From positions 1 through 59,352 of the forward strand of contig JAXDQP010000023.1 of the NCBI GenBank assembly GCA_034667745.1: 59,352 nucleotides of DNA. Direction: 5' to 3'. The notes beneath the pieces are model-generated. The model had not been told where the DNA came from. It saw nothing but the letters and a program-made list of their open reading frames with translations, and ran no database searches. Positions 57,439 through 59,352 of this stretch are shown piece after piece. The DNA comes from Thermoplasmata archaeon (GTDB lineage Archaea; Thermoplasmatota; E2; JACPAO01; JAHFTW01). The first letter of the stretch is position 1; each line of letters begins with the position of its first letter. Position numbers and translations under genes: made by a program.

Positions 57439-57879
57439 CTACCCGAGGGGCTGGGCCATGCGGACCGCGTCGCCGCCGTCGCTGTAGACGTGGCTCTCCA
57501 GGCCCTCGGGCGCGAAGCCGTGCCGGACGTAGAACTCCTGCGCGGCGCGGTCCTCGAAGCGGACCTCGAGCTTGAGCCGGAGCGCCCCGGCGCGGGCCAT
57601 CTCCTGCCGGACGTTGCGCAGCAGGGCCGACCCGATGCCGGCGCCCCGGTATCCCTCGTCCACGGCGATGGCGAGGATGTGCCCCTCCAGGGACTCGCTG
57701 GCGGCGAGCGCGAACCCGACCACCTTGTTGGTGGGGACGTCGCGGGCGACGAGGCAGGTGCTGCCGCCGTGGGCGTGCTCCGCCAGCCAGGCGGGGTCGT
57801 AGGACTCCGTCAGGGTGCGGGCCGCGAGATGGGCCACGGGCAGGGCGTCCCCGCTTTTCATCGGCTCCACGACAAGCAT
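57439..57879 (-). CDS. GNAT N-acetyltransferase (RimI/Ard1-like)
   Basis: HILAIAV..YRGAGIGSALL, LEVR, FY..HGF, YSDGGDAVRM. Confidence 0.9.
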   Translation of the reverse strand: MLVVEPMKSGDALPVAHLAARTLTESYDPAWLAEHAHGGSTCLVARDVPTNKVVGFALAASESLEGHILAIAVDEGYRGAGIGSALLRNVRQEMARAGALRLKLEVRFEDRAAQEFYVRHGFAPEGLESHVYSDGGDAVRMAQPLG

Positions 57880-57981
57880 GCCTTACCCTCAGACTCCTGA
57901 CGATATACGACTTTCCGTGTTGCCAAGCTTATAAGCTCCAGGAGAGGAGCTTGAACCCGTCAATGCGGACGGGGCGGTTGG

Positions 57982-59310
57982 TCAGCGGGCGACGGGACCG
58001 TTGGCCGGGATGCCTTTGCCCAGGGCCAGGCCGTCGGTGATGGCCACGCGGTTGTCCAGGACATTGTCCGCGCCCCGGTGGGCGTAGATGACGTAGGCGC
58101 GGCCGTCCGGGCCCACGTCGGCCTGCAGGAAGTCGCCCAGCTGCCGCCCGAAGTCGCCCTTCAGGACATGCTCGGGGTCGGGCCGGCCCGTCCGGAACGT
58201 GGGCGCGGCGGAGGCGCCGTCCACCGTCGCGGCGACCACGAGGTCCCACACGGCATCCTTGGCCTGCGCCTTGGTCTGGTTGGTGCCGTACCACGCAAGG
58301 ACGAACTTCCCCGCGTCCCCGGCGGCGCCCCACGGCTTCTCGTTCCACGTTCCCGGCGCCGACACCTCGAACGGCCCCACGACGCTGCCGTCGGGGCGCA
58401 CGACGTCCACGAAGACGCCCTGCGTGGTGCCGTCGCGGTTGGTCGCGTAGGTGAACGGGACGTAGACGTTGCCCACGGCGTCGGACACGGGGGGCATGAA
58501 GGGGTCGGTGCCGGTGCCGTTGCGCAGGGCCGTCAGCGGCGGGTTGGCGGGCACGGGGAGCTGGATGGGCTGCCCGAAGCTGGCGCCGCCGTCCGTGCTG
58601 GCCCAGAGGCGGGGCAGGCCAGGGCAGCCGGCCGCGAAGAGGCGGTCGCGCGCGGGGCCCTGGCCGAACACCATGAGGCCGCAGTCGAAGCCGGTCGGCG
58701 TGACGCTCCAGGTGAGGCCGCCGTCCGTGCTATGGTAGAGGTTCGTCGCGAAGCCCGTGTTGTAGAACACCCACACCTCGTCGGCCTTGCCGGCGCGCAC
58801 CCACGGCCGGTCCACCAGGGGCGGGAACGCGTCGGCCTTGGTGAACACGTGCGTGCCGTCCGCGCGGTACTTCGAGAAGTAGGTGGAGGCGGCCGAGATG
58901 TCGAAGAAGAACACGTTGCCGGCGTCGTCCATCGCGAAGTCGCCCTCGATGCCGAAGGCGTCGCGCACGAGCCCGGTGCGGTCGGCGAAGGGCAGCAGGT
59001 GGAAGCTGCGCCCGGCGTCGCGGCTGACCCAGATGGGCGGGCTGCGGCCGACGCAGCAGGTCGCCGAGGCCCAGACGGTGCCGTCGCCGGCCACCTCGAT
59101 GACGGGCTCGCCGAAGGCACCGCAGTTGGCGCGGAAGGCGGCGTCCTGGGCCTGGTTGATGGGGTCCTCGGCGCGGCAGGAGAGGCGCACCGGCGGCAGG
59201 AACTCCAGCGCAGGAAGGCCGGACGCGGCGGGCGGGGCCGGGTCGGCGGGCCTCTGGACCTGGACGCAACCGGAGAGCAGCAGGAGAGCCAGCAGGACGG
59301 GGACGCGCAC
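57982..59310 (-). CDS. Sialidase-like (Asp-box) beta-propeller lipoprotein
   Basis: Lipobox LSGC; SRDAGRSF, STDGGLTW, STDGGASF, DRPW, LGDF; start 59310 or 59334. Confidence 0.8.
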   Translation of the reverse strand: MRVPVLLALLLLSGCVQVQRPADPAPPAASGLPALEFLPPVRLSCRAEDPINQAQDAAFRANCGAFGEPVIEVAGDGTVWASATCCVGRSPPIWVSRDAGRSFHLLPFADRTGLVRDAFGIEGDFAMDDAGNVFFFDISAASTYFSKYRADGTHVFTKADAFPPLVDRPWVRAGKADEVWVFYNTGFATNLYHSTDGGLTWSVTPTGFDCGLMVFGQGPARDRLFAAGCPGLPRLWASTDGGASFGQPIQLPVPANPPLTALRNGTGTDPFMPPVSDAVGNVYVPFTYATNRDGTTQGVFVDVVRPDGSVVGPFEVSAPGTWNEKPWGAAGDAGKFVLAWYGTNQTKAQAKDAVWDLVVAATVDGASAAPTFRTGRPDPEHVLKGDFGRQLGDFLQADVGPDGRAYVIYAHRGADNVLDNRVAITDGLALGKGIPANGPVAR

Positions 59311-59352
59311 GCGGCAACAGGCGGGGGGCCGCACTTCACGTTTGCCGACGCG

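Overview
High-GC chromosomal segment from an archaeon, most likely an uncultured Thermoplasmatota-like euryarchaeote (inference). The archaeal markers are RpoK/Rpo6, archaeal uS2, archaeal DnaG next to UPF0058 and a RimI/Ard1-like GNAT, NurA, class-III-signal pilins, a tRNA-Arg(CCT) without encoded CCA, and TATA-like boxes about 24 nt upstream of many start codons (leaderless genes). Housekeeping genes include grpE, dnaK, dnaJ, mscL, hppA, a ribD-type reductase, an aminotransferase and two ABC systems. They are interspersed with a large cell-surface repertoire: about 13 lipobox lipoproteins (including four tandem paralogous carboxypeptidase-regulatory-like proteins, three sharing one promoter motif) and several N-glycosylation-rich proteins with a C-terminal TP-TM-RRR sorting signal. 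No transposase, integrase or CRISPR array was seen. The most notable unexplained elements are: (1) a ~350-nt, densely and nestedly base-paired non-coding region at about 32.1-32.47 kb that matches no RNA family I recognise; (2) the tandem lipoprotein array; (3) an AT-rich two-gene insert (SLATT-like 2-TM protein plus a Pro/Lys micropeptide); (4) two membrane-protein/winged-HTH gene pairs. Many start codons were re-called from the sequence and are approximate. Family assignments come from motif recognition, not database searches.
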